Assembly: GCA_963721455.1 (NCBI GenBank)
Contig: CAVRJG010000039.1
Span: 128,001-192,000, forward strand
Length of the DNA: 64,000 nucleotides
From: an uncultured Methanosarcinaceae archaeon
GTDB taxonomy: Archaea; Halobacteriota; Methanosarcinia; Methanosarcinales; Methanosarcinaceae
Direction of reading: 5' to 3'
Shown here: piece after piece, positions 19,863 to 29,963 of the stretch
Numbering within the stretch: the stretch's first letter is position 1
Layout: each line of letters starts with the position of its first letter
Notes under the pieces: model-generated
The model's database searches: none
Seen by the model: the letters and a program-made list of their open reading frames with translations, nothing else
What the model was told of the DNA's origin: nothing
Program-made: the position numbers and the translations under genes

Positions 19863-21443
19863 ATTTCTTCTTTTATATCTGAAGATGCAGGACCTGAGGA
19901 ACTTGAGTCAATAGCAATGGCAGTACATTCCCTTGTGGGGCTTCCGACCACCATTCGCAGCCTTAAGAGAAAGGGGCTTCGCCTGGAAAATGGGAAAATC
20001 CTTGACAGGGACTATACCGGACCTGTACTCGAAGAGGTGCTCAGGACCGGCAAGACTGTACGTGGAGTTCCAAAGGAAGGCACGTACCTGGGAAGGAACG
20101 TGGCTGTTTCTCCAATCTTCTCGGAGGACGGGAAGGTTATTGCGGCACTCGGAATTGTGGATTTGCTATCTGTCCTTAAGATGCAGGAAATAATCAGGAC
20201 CGTGATAAACAACAGTCCGGCAGTGGTTTTTCTGTGGAGAAATGAAGAAAAATGGCCGTCAGAATTTGTTTCTGAAAACGTGGTCCAGTTGGGGTACACA
20301 GTGGAGGACTTTATTTCTGGGAGGGTTCTGTATGGGGAAATCATCTATCCTGATGACCTGAAGAGAATTGAGGATTCAATCGAACAGCGCATCCGGAAAG
20401 GCGGAGTTGACTTCGATATAGAATACAGAATCTTTACAAAAGCCGGCGACCTGCGCTGGGTTAACGAAAGGGCCTTTATTCAGCGGAGTCCGGAAGGGGA
20501 AGTGACCCACTTACAGGGACTTGTGCTGGACATAACCGGGCAGAAGGAGAACGAAGAGATCCTCAGAAAGTCTTTTGAAACGCAGAAGTTGCTGAGAACC
20601 ATAATAAACAACAGCCAGGCAGTGGCTTTTTTATGGGAAAACAAAGAAAACCTGCCTGCTGAGTACGTTTCAGAAAACGTAACTCAGTTCGGGTATACGG
20701 TAGAAGATTTCACTTCAGGGAAAGTCCCTTACGAGAACATCATTCATAGGGATGATATCGGCTCAGTTGTTGAAACCCTGAAACGTAACATCGCAGAGAA
20801 ACAGGACTCTTTTGACGTAGAATACAGAATTTTCACAGGGGACGGAAAAATGCTCTGGGTGGACGAGAAAACCTTTATCCAGAGGGATATTCAAGGCAAA
20901 GCAACCCATATTCAGGGCATTGTCGTTGATATTACCGAAAGAAAAGAAGCCCAGAAAATGCTTGAAATCCAGCGGGAACTCGGAATGGACCTGAGCACTA
21001 CCTGGAATCTCCAGACAATATTCAACCGGATCCTTGATGCCTGCCTGCAGATAAACGGACTCGATGCCGGAGGTATATATCTCAAGGACGAACTCCTGGA
21101 CCAGATTAATCTGGTTTCATATCGAGGACTTTCTCCCGCGTTTAAAGAAAAGGTTTCCAGATATAAAGCAGATTCCCGGGAGGCAAGACAAATCTGGATC
21201 GAAAAACCCATATACTCACTGGATTTCTACTCCGAAAAAATGGCTGACGCAATAAGGAAAGAAGGAATCAGGGCTGTTGCTATAATCCCTCTGAAATACA
21301 GGGGAGAGATTGTAGGCAGCCTGAACTTTGCCTCCCATACTCTGGATAAGATTCCCTGGAATATCCGCAACTTCCTTGAAAGCATCGCCCTCCAGGCGGC
21401 AAACCATATTGCCCCAATTTGCATCCAGGCGGACCTGTCTTGA
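19863..21443 (+). CDS. DUF2111-like N-domain + 2 PAS/PAC + GAF-like sensor protein
   Basis: AMAVHSLVGLPTTIRS..Y.GPVLEEVL N-domain, two PAS repeats (YRIFT..G..W), GAF-like tail; first ATG 19917, similarity extends to ATT 19863. Confidence 0.8.
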   Translation: MSSFISEDAGPEELESIAMAVHSLVGLPTTIRSLKRKGLRLENGKILDRDYTGPVLEEVLRTGKTVRGVPKEGTYLGRNVAVSPIFSEDGKVIAALGIVDLLSVLKMQEIIRTVINNSPAVVFLWRNEEKWPSEFVSENVVQLGYTVEDFISGRVLYGEIIYPDDLKRIEDSIEQRIRKGGVDFDIEYRIFTKAGDLRWVNERAFIQRSPEGEVTHLQGLVLDITGQKENEEILRKSFETQKLLRTIINNSQAVAFLWENKENLPAEYVSENVTQFGYTVEDFTSGKVPYENIIHRDDIGSVVETLKRNIAEKQDSFDVEYRIFTGDGKMLWVDEKTFIQRDIQGKATHIQGIVVDITERKEAQKMLEIQRELGMDLSTTWNLQTIFNRILDACLQINGLDAGGIYLKDELLDQINLVSYRGLSPAFKEKVSRYKADSREARQIWIEKPIYSLDFYSEKMADAIRKEGIRAVAIIPLKYRGEIVGSLNFASHTLDKIPWNIRNFLESIALQAANHIAPICIQADLS

Positions 21444-21579
21444 ACTGTTTTCGAACTGAAAGCAGCCTCACAAAACCAGACCTGGGACGTGAGGCTTCAA
21501 GTAAACGAACCCCTGGATTTTCCTTCAGTTTACAGCTATCTTCAGAAAAACAGCACTAGCTCCGAGCCAGATATCACTG

Positions 21580-21885
21580 AAGTTTTTACTCCGGGCTCAA
21601 ATGCAGAGGAGATTTTTTTAGAAACGAGAGTAAACTGGAATAAATAAAGTACTTCATACCCACCGCAGAGGTTGAAACTTTCGACAATGGCAATGAATAC
21701 AAGCTTGAACTCAGAGCTTCAGGAGACGTAAAACTGGAAATAATTATGCCTGGAGGGAGCAGCGGCGAAAAGATACCTGAAGAGGAATATCGGGCAGTCT
21801 TTAGAGAAATGTTTGAGAATATGGGGCTTCCCCGGGAAGCTGTAGATAGATTTGAATTCTCGTATAGCACTTCCCTAGCTTGGTA
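21580..21885 (+). pseudogene. C-terminal fragment of a hypothetical protein with an internal stop
   Basis: Coding-like frame ..NESKLE*IKYFIPTAEVETFDNG..FREMFENMGLPREAVDRFEFSYSTSLAW* with no start. Confidence 0.4.
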
Positions 21886-22435
21886 AAAAGGCATACTCAA
21901 AGGTTTTAGTTATCTTTTCGTGAAGTTATCTTTCACAAATCGCTGGGAAACCAGAAGCAATAAAACTGGATTCACAACAGGAACGAAAAGCTGAGAAAAG
22001 CAGCAAAAGATGAGGAAAACAGTAAAAGATGAGAAAACAGTAGCTATGGGCTTGAGCATTGAGTAAAAAAGTGGGTCAGGTGGTTCACAAGGTTTGGCCT
22101 GTGCCAATGAAGTATATTACGGGATCAGTTTTCAAGCTGTCCTGAATTTGCTTCATTTTACAGATTACTCCCTCATGAACCAATTGATATTATGTAAGTT
22201 ATAATATAAAATACAAACGATAGAACTGCGGTTTATTTAATCAGTCCCCATAAAAAACAATAGAATGCCTTTGTCTACCTACAGTGAGAGCTTTTATTAC
22301 TCTGATATTCAATAAGTCATCCCATCGGAAGCAGCTTTATTAATCGGCTCCGGGGTGCAGGCCAGGTACTTCAAAATCTTTTTAATCAAATTAAAAGTCT
22401 TACATGCCAATCAAAAATGTCATCTTTTATTTTCT

Positions 22436-23689
22436 CTACCTGGATCCTGCTTTAATACTCTTCAGGATTTCCGTTAATCCGGGTCTTTTCCCGTACATCA
22501 GCAGGTAAGCCCTGAAAAGCCGGCTGGAAAGCAAGATCACTCCATGAACCGAAACAAACAGAATGAAGATGCTGGCAAGAACCTGGTATGCAGGCACTGC
22601 TGTTGCCCCCATCCTGGCAAGCATGGCTACGGGAGAAGTGAGAGGGAAGAGGGAAAGAAAAACTGAAAGCGAGCTGTCGGGGTTTGTCAGGATCAGTTGC
22701 ATGAATATAAGGGGAGATACGGCTGCAAACGTGAAAATTCCTGCAACCTGCTGGCTTTCCTGAAGGGAGCTGGTCACTGCCCCTATTCCTGCCATCATGC
22801 TGGCAAAGAAGAGGAAGCCAAGCAGGAAATAAATAAGAGCAAGGAAAAGGAGCATGGGCTCAATTTTAATGGGAAGGGCGTACCCGCTCCCGACAGTTAT
22901 TACCGCGAGCCAGAAAACAATCTGCAGAAGGCCGACTGCGCCAAGTCCCAGGATCTTGCCTGTAAGAAGTTCGGAAGGGGTTACGGAAGAAAGTAAAACC
23001 TCTATTATCCTGTTCTCTTTCTCTTCGGCAACACCGCGAAGGAGATAACCCGAAGCCGAGAAAATACTGAAGAAAAGAAGAAAAGCTGTGAGAATGGGAA
23101 GGCCAAGGTTGGCAAGGATTTCGGCAATGCCCTGCTCAGAGAGTTCTCCGCTCTCTCCTATATTATAAAGTTTTATATTAACCGGATCTTTGACCCTGTT
23201 GAGAACCGACTCATCCACTCTGTCTTTAAGGAGGGAAGTGATGACAATATCCGAGAGTTCGGCAGACAGTTCAATTCTTGGAACAGGTGACCCTTTTTCA
23301 AAGGTATAGAGTTCTATTGTTCCGGCTTCAAGAAAGTCTTCAGGAATTACGAGATAAGAAGAAATCTGTCCCGCCTGTAAGGCCTGCCTTGCGTCAGAGG
23401 CCCCCCCGTACATTATAAAAGATATGATTGAAGTTTCTGCCGCAAAAGATCCTGCAGAAAGGCCTTCACTTCTGATAGACTCTGGAAATCCGAAGGAGCC
23501 AGTCATATCAACATAGCCTATATTCTGGTCTTCGGCAGGGATCATGCCTGCAAGTATTGTCGGAAAAATAGTAATCGCCGTAAGGAAAAGAGGGAAAATG
23601 AAGGTCATAAGAAGGAATTCTTTACGCTTTATGGTTTTCAGGAACTCGTGCCTGGCAATAATAAAGATTTTTCCGGAAAAACTACTCAT
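22436..23689 (-). CDS. ABC-2 type exporter permease (NatB-like)
   Basis: IARHEF, EEKENRIIEVLLSS, GKILG; overlaps the ATPase stop. Confidence 0.88.
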   Translation of the reverse strand: MSSFSGKIFIIARHEFLKTIKRKEFLLMTFIFPLFLTAITIFPTILAGMIPAEDQNIGYVDMTGSFGFPESIRSEGLSAGSFAAETSIISFIMYGGASDARQALQAGQISSYLVIPEDFLEAGTIELYTFEKGSPVPRIELSAELSDIVITSLLKDRVDESVLNRVKDPVNIKLYNIGESGELSEQGIAEILANLGLPILTAFLLFFSIFSASGYLLRGVAEEKENRIIEVLLSSVTPSELLTGKILGLGAVGLLQIVFWLAVITVGSGYALPIKIEPMLLFLALIYFLLGFLFFASMMAGIGAVTSSLQESQQVAGIFTFAAVSPLIFMQLILTNPDSSLSVFLSLFPLTSPVAMLARMGATAVPAYQVLASIFILFVSVHGVILLSSRLFRAYLLMYGKRPGLTEILKSIKAGSR

Positions 23690-24593
23690 TTGCGGCACTC
23701 TCCACAGTTTCAATAAAAATTTCGTTCAGAGAGGGAAGTGCCTGCTCAAAACGCAGAATATTTGCCCTCCGGACAAGCTCCTCAAGAAGAATCTGTGTGC
23801 TTACGCCTTCCTCAGGAAAGATTTCAACGGATTTTTCATATTCTGTTATTTTTCTTATGCCGGAAATCTCCCGAATTGCATTCAAACCCTCTTTTTCTAC
23901 GAATTCCACAATAAGAGAGTTTTTCCCATGCTCTCTCCGGATCTCATCCACAGTGCCGTAAAGTACTCTCCTGCCTTTATTCAGCATAAGAATCCTGTCG
24001 CAGAGTGTCTGGGCCTGTTCCATCATGTGCGTGGAGAGGACTACTGTCTTTCCTGAGTTTCTGAGTTCCAGAATTCTGGCCTTAACTGTTTTTGTACTTA
24101 GAGGGTCAAGGCCAGAAAAGGGTTCGTCAAGAATCACAAGTTCAGGGTCATGGATAATAGCAGAAAGGAACTGAATCTGCTGCTGCATTCCTTTGGAGAG
24201 TTCTTCCACTTTTTTACTTCTATGTTCATATAACTCCACAGATTTAAGAAGGGATTCGGCGTTTAATTGAGCCTGTTTTTCAGGCATTCCTTTAAGCTGT
24301 GCCAGATAGACCAGCATATCCAGAAGCTTTATTTTCCTGTATAATCCCCTTTCCTCAGGGAGATATCCTATCCGGTCTTTTGCAGGCGAGCTAAGAAGAG
24401 CTCCAAAAACGCGTATTTCCCCGACATCCGGCCTGATAATATCAAGAAGAAGCCTGATAAGCGTGGTCTTTCCTGCCCCGTTTGGCCCGAGGAGCCCGAA
24501 GATCTCACCCTGCCTCACTGAAAACGAAATATCTCCGATAATATCCTTTTCTGCGAAAGACTTCGATACGCTTTCAAATTCCACAGTATGCAT
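23682..24593 (-). CDS. ABC exporter ATP-binding subunit (NatA-like)
   Basis: GPNGAGKTT, LSKGM, ILDEPFSGLD. Confidence 0.92.
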   Translation of the reverse strand: MHTVEFESVSKSFAEKDIIGDISFSVRQGEIFGLLGPNGAGKTTLIRLLLDIIRPDVGEIRVFGALLSSPAKDRIGYLPEERGLYRKIKLLDMLVYLAQLKGMPEKQAQLNAESLLKSVELYEHRSKKVEELSKGMQQQIQFLSAIIHDPELVILDEPFSGLDPLSTKTVKARILELRNSGKTVVLSTHMMEQAQTLCDRILMLNKGRRVLYGTVDEIRREHGKNSLIVEFVEKEGLNAIREISGIRKITEYEKSVEIFPEEGVSTQILLEELVRRANILRFEQALPSLNEIFIETVESAANE

Positions 24594-24745
24594 CCAGATT
24601 AAATACATTCCAATATAGAATAAGTTTATTCGATATTTGATTGAAGCAAAAATTCATTTAATATTTTATTGAAAATGAGAAACTATTCAGCATTAAATGA
24701 GTTAATGAAAACTCATAGGGGAAATAAGGAAATTCAGGGGATAAT

Positions 24746-25417
24746 ATGCTACCAAAATTGATTATTCACAACAGTATAAGTCTAGACGGCTCGACTACAG
24801 GCTTCGAAGCAAATCTTGAAATTCACTACAAAATCCTTAGCAGCTATCTGCCCGATGCCATGATAGTCGGTTCGAACACCGCAAAAACCGGAACCCAGTT
24901 CTTCTGCGAAAAAATCCCGCCTGAAGAGGAATCGGATTTCCGGAAGCCTGAAATCCAATCCGATGACCCCAGGGCATACTGGCTGATTGCTGACTCAAGG
25001 GGAATTCTTGAAGGGTTGATGCATGTATTCAGGCGTTCCGAATACAGCAAGGATGTAATTGTCCTGGTCTCGGAAAAGACCCCGGAACCTTACATCAATT
25101 ACCTCAAAGAAAGAAATTATGAATTCATCCGGACCGGAGCAGACCGTGTAAACATCAGGCATGCACTGGAAATTGCAAACGAAAAGTACGGTTTCGAACT
25201 TGTAGTTTCGGACAGCGGGGGAGTGCTGAATAGCATTTTACTCGAACAGGGGCTTATTGAAGAGATCAGCCTGATCCTTACCCCTGAGATTGCAGGGAAA
25301 AATGGGACAAATCTTTTCAGAAACTTAGAAAAAAGCGGGATTCGGCTTGAACTTTTAAGAGACGAAATTGTGGAAAAGAAATATGTGCATCTGGTATACC
25401 GGGTTTTGAAAAAGTAA
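24746..25417 (+). CDS. RibD C-terminal / dihydrofolate-reductase-like protein
   Basis: SISLDG, VGSNT, DSGGVLN, EEISLILTP. Confidence 0.8.
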   Translation: MLPKLIIHNSISLDGSTTGFEANLEIHYKILSSYLPDAMIVGSNTAKTGTQFFCEKIPPEEESDFRKPEIQSDDPRAYWLIADSRGILEGLMHVFRRSEYSKDVIVLVSEKTPEPYINYLKERNYEFIRTGADRVNIRHALEIANEKYGFELVVSDSGGVLNSILLEQGLIEEISLILTPEIAGKNGTNLFRNLEKSGIRLELLRDEIVEKKYVHLVYRVLKK

Positions 25418-26386
25418 AAAGAGAGCCAGAAATTAGAAATAAAGCTGTGTGACAGCATTCCGGGCGGAGCTTCTTGTTGCCTGAGTAGTTGTAGTAATCT
25501 ATGCGCTCAAGTGTCGAAAGTTGTTCTTCTTTTTAGACTGGCATATTGAAAGTAGCTGAGTTTTACTGCTGAACAGGCCCAGGGATTTACCAGAGATTTA
25601 TGGTAACTATTCAGCCCGGGAAAAACAACCTCAATAGCAATATTTCATAAGATCCGATAGGCAAATTTCGCTGAATTAGTTTCCGTTAATTATTGGCTAT
25701 TGGCTGCGTTTTTTATTTTTTCATTGGTCAGTAATCACACTTATCTGTGATGTCAAAATCAATATCAATCAACTGATTTTTGGTAGGCCGAATAGTTACG
25801 ATTTATGATTTATTTGGTTAAAGGTTAATTTTAGAATGGAGTCCTGAACTGGAACTAAATTATATCGAAAGCTAAGGTTATGTTTATATAAGATCATTAT
25901 AGTCCAATAGAATATATATTTACAGTAACGCAGTTAAAATACAAATTTTTCCTCTTGAAAAAGGAAAAACTTATTTATTTAATTTCTGAAACCCGTGACT
26001 GTTTTCTATTTTTAGATGATAGGCATAATGAATAATTATTATAAATTTGTACAAAAAAGTTTATAATGTAAACATATATAATGTTAGAAAGTATTAGGCA
26101 AAAAGTTTCCGGGAAAAAAGAATCCTCGAAATAGAAGTTTACGGTGGAATGTAAATACGAACTACAGAATTATTCCAATTATTACTTATAGAAAGGACAG
26201 TTTCAAAAATCTCGCTTTAAGCGGGATAGGAGCCGGAGAGCCTGTGATCTCTGCTCCGACTGAAACACAATTTTCAGATTTTGATTTAACCGCCAGACCC
26301 CGGCTTAAGGAGTGAATGTTTTTGCTCGAAGCCTTCGTTTACAGCGCAAACCTTTTGAAAAAAGGTTTGATCGAAAATAGGAGTGA

Positions 26387-28330
26387 ATGAATTTGCTCGA
26401 AGCCTTCGTTTACGGCGCTGTTATAGCCCTTATATCCGGAACTGCCCTGCCTTTCCTGTATCGCAATAAAAACGCAAGAAAGGCTTCCTTCGGCCTCTCT
26501 TTGATTTCTTCAATCCTGCTCCTGGTATTTGCAGGCACACTCCTCTACACAGGAAACGAGCCTGCTTTTCCAGCCTTCCGATTTCTTCCCGGACTGGACT
26601 TCACCCTGGCCGCAGACCGTCTCTCGGCAGTCTTTATTCTGCTGATCGGGGCAGTTGTGCCAGGCGTTTCAATATATTCCATTGAATATGTGGAACATGC
26701 TAAAAGTGAAGCCAGAAAAGACCTGCAGACAGCCCTTACAAATCTCTTTGTCCTTGCCATGCTGATGGTCGTACTTGCAGGAAATATGGTAGGCTTCCTG
26801 GTTTTCTGGGAAATAATGTCTCTGTCTTCCCTATTGCTCGTGCTCCATGATTATTCCTCGGAAGAGAACAAAAAAGCAGGTTTCTTTTATTTTGTAATGA
26901 CAAGTCTGAGTACAGCCTTTCTTTTCCTGGGTTTTATAAGTCTGTTCAGGCTGACCGGCTCTGCCGAATTCGGACAACTTGACTACCCGGCAAACGTCCT
27001 GACTTTGCCTTTCCTCTGCCTTTTTATAGGTTTCGGAATCAAAGCGGGAATTGTCCCCTTCCACAAATGGCTGCCCTACGCTCATCCTGCAGCCCCTTCA
27101 AGCATTTCGGCTCTGATGTCAGGAGTCATGCTGAAGGTTGCAATCTACGGCTTCCTGCGTTTTTTACTCTCTGTTTCCACCCCCGAACTCTGGTGGGGGA
27201 TGCTCGTTCTTATAGGAGGCAGTCTCTCGGCCGTGTTAGGGGTAATTTACGCACTCAAGGAAAGCGATATAAAAAGGCTGCTTGCCTACAGTAGCATTGA
27301 AAATATCGGTATCATTTTAATAGGGATTGGCCTGTATTTAATATTCAAAGTCGAGGGACTGGAAGCCCTTTCTATGTTGAGCCTTGTAGGGGCCTGTTTC
27401 CACGCTTTTAACCACGCCCTTTTCAAAAGCCTGCTCTTTCTCTGTTCAGGCTCGGTGGTCCATGCTACTGGCACACGGAACATCGAAGCCTTCGGAGGCC
27501 TTGTAAAACGTATGCCTCATACCGCCGCTCTCTTCCTGATAGGCTCGGTTTCGATTGCAGCCCTGCCTCCGACAAACGGCTTTGTAAGTGAGCTGATTCT
27601 TTTTCAGGCTTATTTCTATTCTTCAGCTCTTCCCGACCCTCTTCTAAAGGTGCTACTTATTATTACCCTCTCGGTCTTTGCCCTCACCAGTGCGCTTGCA
27701 GCAGCCCTCTTTGTAAAGCTTTTTGGAATTACCTTCCTTGCCCTTCCGCGGACGAAGTGCGCAAAGGAAGCCACCGAAGTCTCAAAACTCATGCTACTCG
27801 GAGCAGCTGTACCTGCGGCTCTCTGCATCCTTTCAGGGCTGTTTTCATCCAGGATTCTGGCCCTGTTCGGCTTTGACCTTGGGATTCCGGACATGTTGCC
27901 TCTCGGGCTGATTCTCGTTGGAACCTGCGGGCTGGTGTGGCTTGCAGTTAGTAATTCCGGCACTTCAAAAAGCCCAAGGATAAGTAAAGAAACCTGGGGT
28001 TGCGGAATCCTGGCCCAGCACCCCACAATGGAATACACCTCGGCAGGCTTTTCGGAGCCTCTTGTGGTCATCTTCAAAAAGATCTACAGGACTGAGATCT
28101 CCAGTACCAGGGTATATGCGGATACAAAGGAAAGCATCTTTAAGAGCGGGACTGCCAGGATCCACCTAATTAAGTTCTTTGAAGAGCATCTTTATCTCCC
28201 TGCGGCCTGTGCAGTCAGCTGGGTCTCTTCCCAGGTCTCCAAAATGCAGAATGGGAAGCTGGACACCTATGTACTCTATGTTTTCATTGCGGTACTCACA
28301 CTGATGACATTTACGAGGTATTTCGCATGA
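26387..28330 (+). CDS. hyfB: Ehr / hydrogenase-4 antiporter-like membrane subunit (HyfB-like)
   Basis: KAGIVPFHKWLPYAHPAAP, AYSSIEN, NHALFK, LPPTNGFVSE. Confidence 0.85.
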   Translation: MNLLEAFVYGAVIALISGTALPFLYRNKNARKASFGLSLISSILLLVFAGTLLYTGNEPAFPAFRFLPGLDFTLAADRLSAVFILLIGAVVPGVSIYSIEYVEHAKSEARKDLQTALTNLFVLAMLMVVLAGNMVGFLVFWEIMSLSSLLLVLHDYSSEENKKAGFFYFVMTSLSTAFLFLGFISLFRLTGSAEFGQLDYPANVLTLPFLCLFIGFGIKAGIVPFHKWLPYAHPAAPSSISALMSGVMLKVAIYGFLRFLLSVSTPELWWGMLVLIGGSLSAVLGVIYALKESDIKRLLAYSSIENIGIILIGIGLYLIFKVEGLEALSMLSLVGACFHAFNHALFKSLLFLCSGSVVHATGTRNIEAFGGLVKRMPHTAALFLIGSVSIAALPPTNGFVSELILFQAYFYSSALPDPLLKVLLIITLSVFALTSALAAALFVKLFGITFLALPRTKCAKEATEVSKLMLLGAAVPAALCILSGLFSSRILALFGFDLGIPDMLPLGLILVGTCGLVWLAVSNSGTSKSPRISKETWGCGILAQHPTMEYTSAGFSEPLVVIFKKIYRTEISSTRVYADTKESIFKSGTARIHLIKFFEEHLYLPAACAVSWVSSQVSKMQNGKLDTYVLYVFIAVLTLMTFTRYFA

Positions 28331-29268
28331 ATGCTTCATTTCTCTTATTTGCCCTTCTAAATACGGGCTTCGTCCTGCTGATCTCACCGTTCTTTATGAG
28401 CCTGATCAAAAAGGTCAAGGCATATTCACAGGGAAGAAAAGGCCCACGGTTCCTGCAGAGCTATTTTGATTTGCGCAAGCTCATGCAAAAGGAGGTTGTG
28501 TACTCCCCTAATTCCTCCTGGATTATGAGAATCACTCCCTACCTCAACCTGGCAGTCATTCTCCTGGCCACACTCTTTGTCCCGATCGTCTTTATCCCGG
28601 AAGCATCCGGAGGAGTCGGAAACGTAATAGTTTTCCTTTACCTGCTTGCAATAGAGCGTTTTTTTACGGCACTGTGCGGACTTGATGCGGGAAGCACTTT
28701 CGGGGGCATGGGCAGTTCCCGCTTAATGAGCCTCTCGGCTGTGATTGAACCTACAATGATCATAGCCTTTGCTGCGCTTGCATATGTATTAAAAACCGTA
28801 AATTTTCACGAAATGTTTGCAATAACTGCCGGGTCCACAATCCCGGAAAGCCCGACTCTGACCCTTATTTCCATTTCCCTCTTTATTATCATCATAGTGG
28901 AAACCGGAAGGATCCCTGTGGATAACCCGGCAACACATCTTGAGCTTACTATGATCAACGAAGCCATGATCCTGGAACAGTCCGGGAAAAACCTGGCTTT
29001 AATAGAGCTTACCCATGCGATTAAACAGACAATCCTGATGGCAGTCCTGATAAACATTCTGGCTCCCTGGGGACTTGCAACCGAGTTTACCTTCACGGGG
29101 CTTGTGGTCTCATGCCTCTACTTCCTTGTAAAAGCCAGTCTGCTTGCAGGATTAATAGGACTGTTTGAGTCCTCCATTGCAAAAATGCGGCTTTTCAGGC
29201 TGCCCGGATTCTATATGATGGCCTTTTTCTTTTCCGCACTTACCATCCTTATGGAGGTGTTTACATGA
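28327..29268 (+). CDS. hyfC: Ehr / hydrogenase-4 NuoH-like membrane subunit
   Basis: QGRKGP, GSTFGGMGSSR, ETGRIPVDNPATHLELTMI. Confidence 0.85.
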   Translation: MNASFLLFALLNTGFVLLISPFFMSLIKKVKAYSQGRKGPRFLQSYFDLRKLMQKEVVYSPNSSWIMRITPYLNLAVILLATLFVPIVFIPEASGGVGNVIVFLYLLAIERFFTALCGLDAGSTFGGMGSSRLMSLSAVIEPTMIIAFAALAYVLKTVNFHEMFAITAGSTIPESPTLTLISISLFIIIIVETGRIPVDNPATHLELTMINEAMILEQSGKNLALIELTHAIKQTILMAVLINILAPWGLATEFTFTGLVVSCLYFLVKASLLAGLIGLFESSIAKMRLFRLPGFYMMAFFFSALTILMEVFT

Positions 29269-29963
29269 TATCCTCCTTCCTGACAGACCCAGCATTCCTC
29301 GAAGACATAGTACGGATCCTCTTTGTCTTTGTGCTGATCACTGCAGCCTTTACTCTCTCCACGAGGAATATTGCTTCACTGCTGACCGTATATACTGTTC
29401 AGTCCCTGCTGCTGGTCTTGATCGCCGTGTCTCTTTACCTGATCCAGGGCAGCCAAACGCTGCTTGCGATAGCAGCCCTGACGCTTGTGAGCAAGGTGCT
29501 GATAATTCCCCTCTTTATAAACTTGATCGGGGAAAAAATCAAAATCAGCCGGGATATGAAGTTTGACTATCTGGAACCGACAGCTTCCCTCCTTGTAAGC
29601 ATGGGCCTGATCCTGCTTTCCTATATCTTCCTCTCCGGCTTTTTCAATGAGTTTGTCCTGGGAAAGTTGTTTTTCATGGGGGCGGTTATAGGCTTATCCC
29701 TGACTCTAATGGGAATGCTTGTGATATTTAGCCGGACAAAAGTGATTACAAAAGTTATAGGGTACCTGACCATGGAAAACGGGGTGTTGCTCTTCGGAAT
29801 CTTTGTTGCGGATCTCCCCTTCATTATAGAAATCCTGATTGTGATAGACCTTATGATTCTCGTACTCTTAACAACCATCCTGGCTATAGGTATCGATTCC
29901 ACGATTGAGGAATACCACCAGCGTTTCAAGAGACTCAATATCTGGTCAGGGAGGAAATATTAA
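29265..29963 (+). CDS. hyfE: Ehr / hydrogenase-4 membrane subunit (HyfE-like)
   Basis: Hydrophobic; GYLTMENG motif; operon position. Confidence 0.8.
   Translation: MISSFLTDPAFLEDIVRILFVFVLITAAFTLSTRNIASLLTVYTVQSLLLVLIAVSLYLIQGSQTLLAIAALTLVSKVLIIPLFINLIGEKIKISRDMKFDYLEPTASLLVSMGLILLSYIFLSGFFNEFVLGKLFFMGAVIGLSLTLMGMLVIFSRTKVITKVIGYLTMENGVLLFGIFVADLPFIIEILIVIDLMILVLLTTILAIGIDSTIEEYHQRFKRLNIWSGRKY

Noticed and set aside
25440-25610. Minus-strand IDYYN fragment resembling an IS3-type integrase end
   Set aside because: Too short, with no other transposase motifs or TIRs
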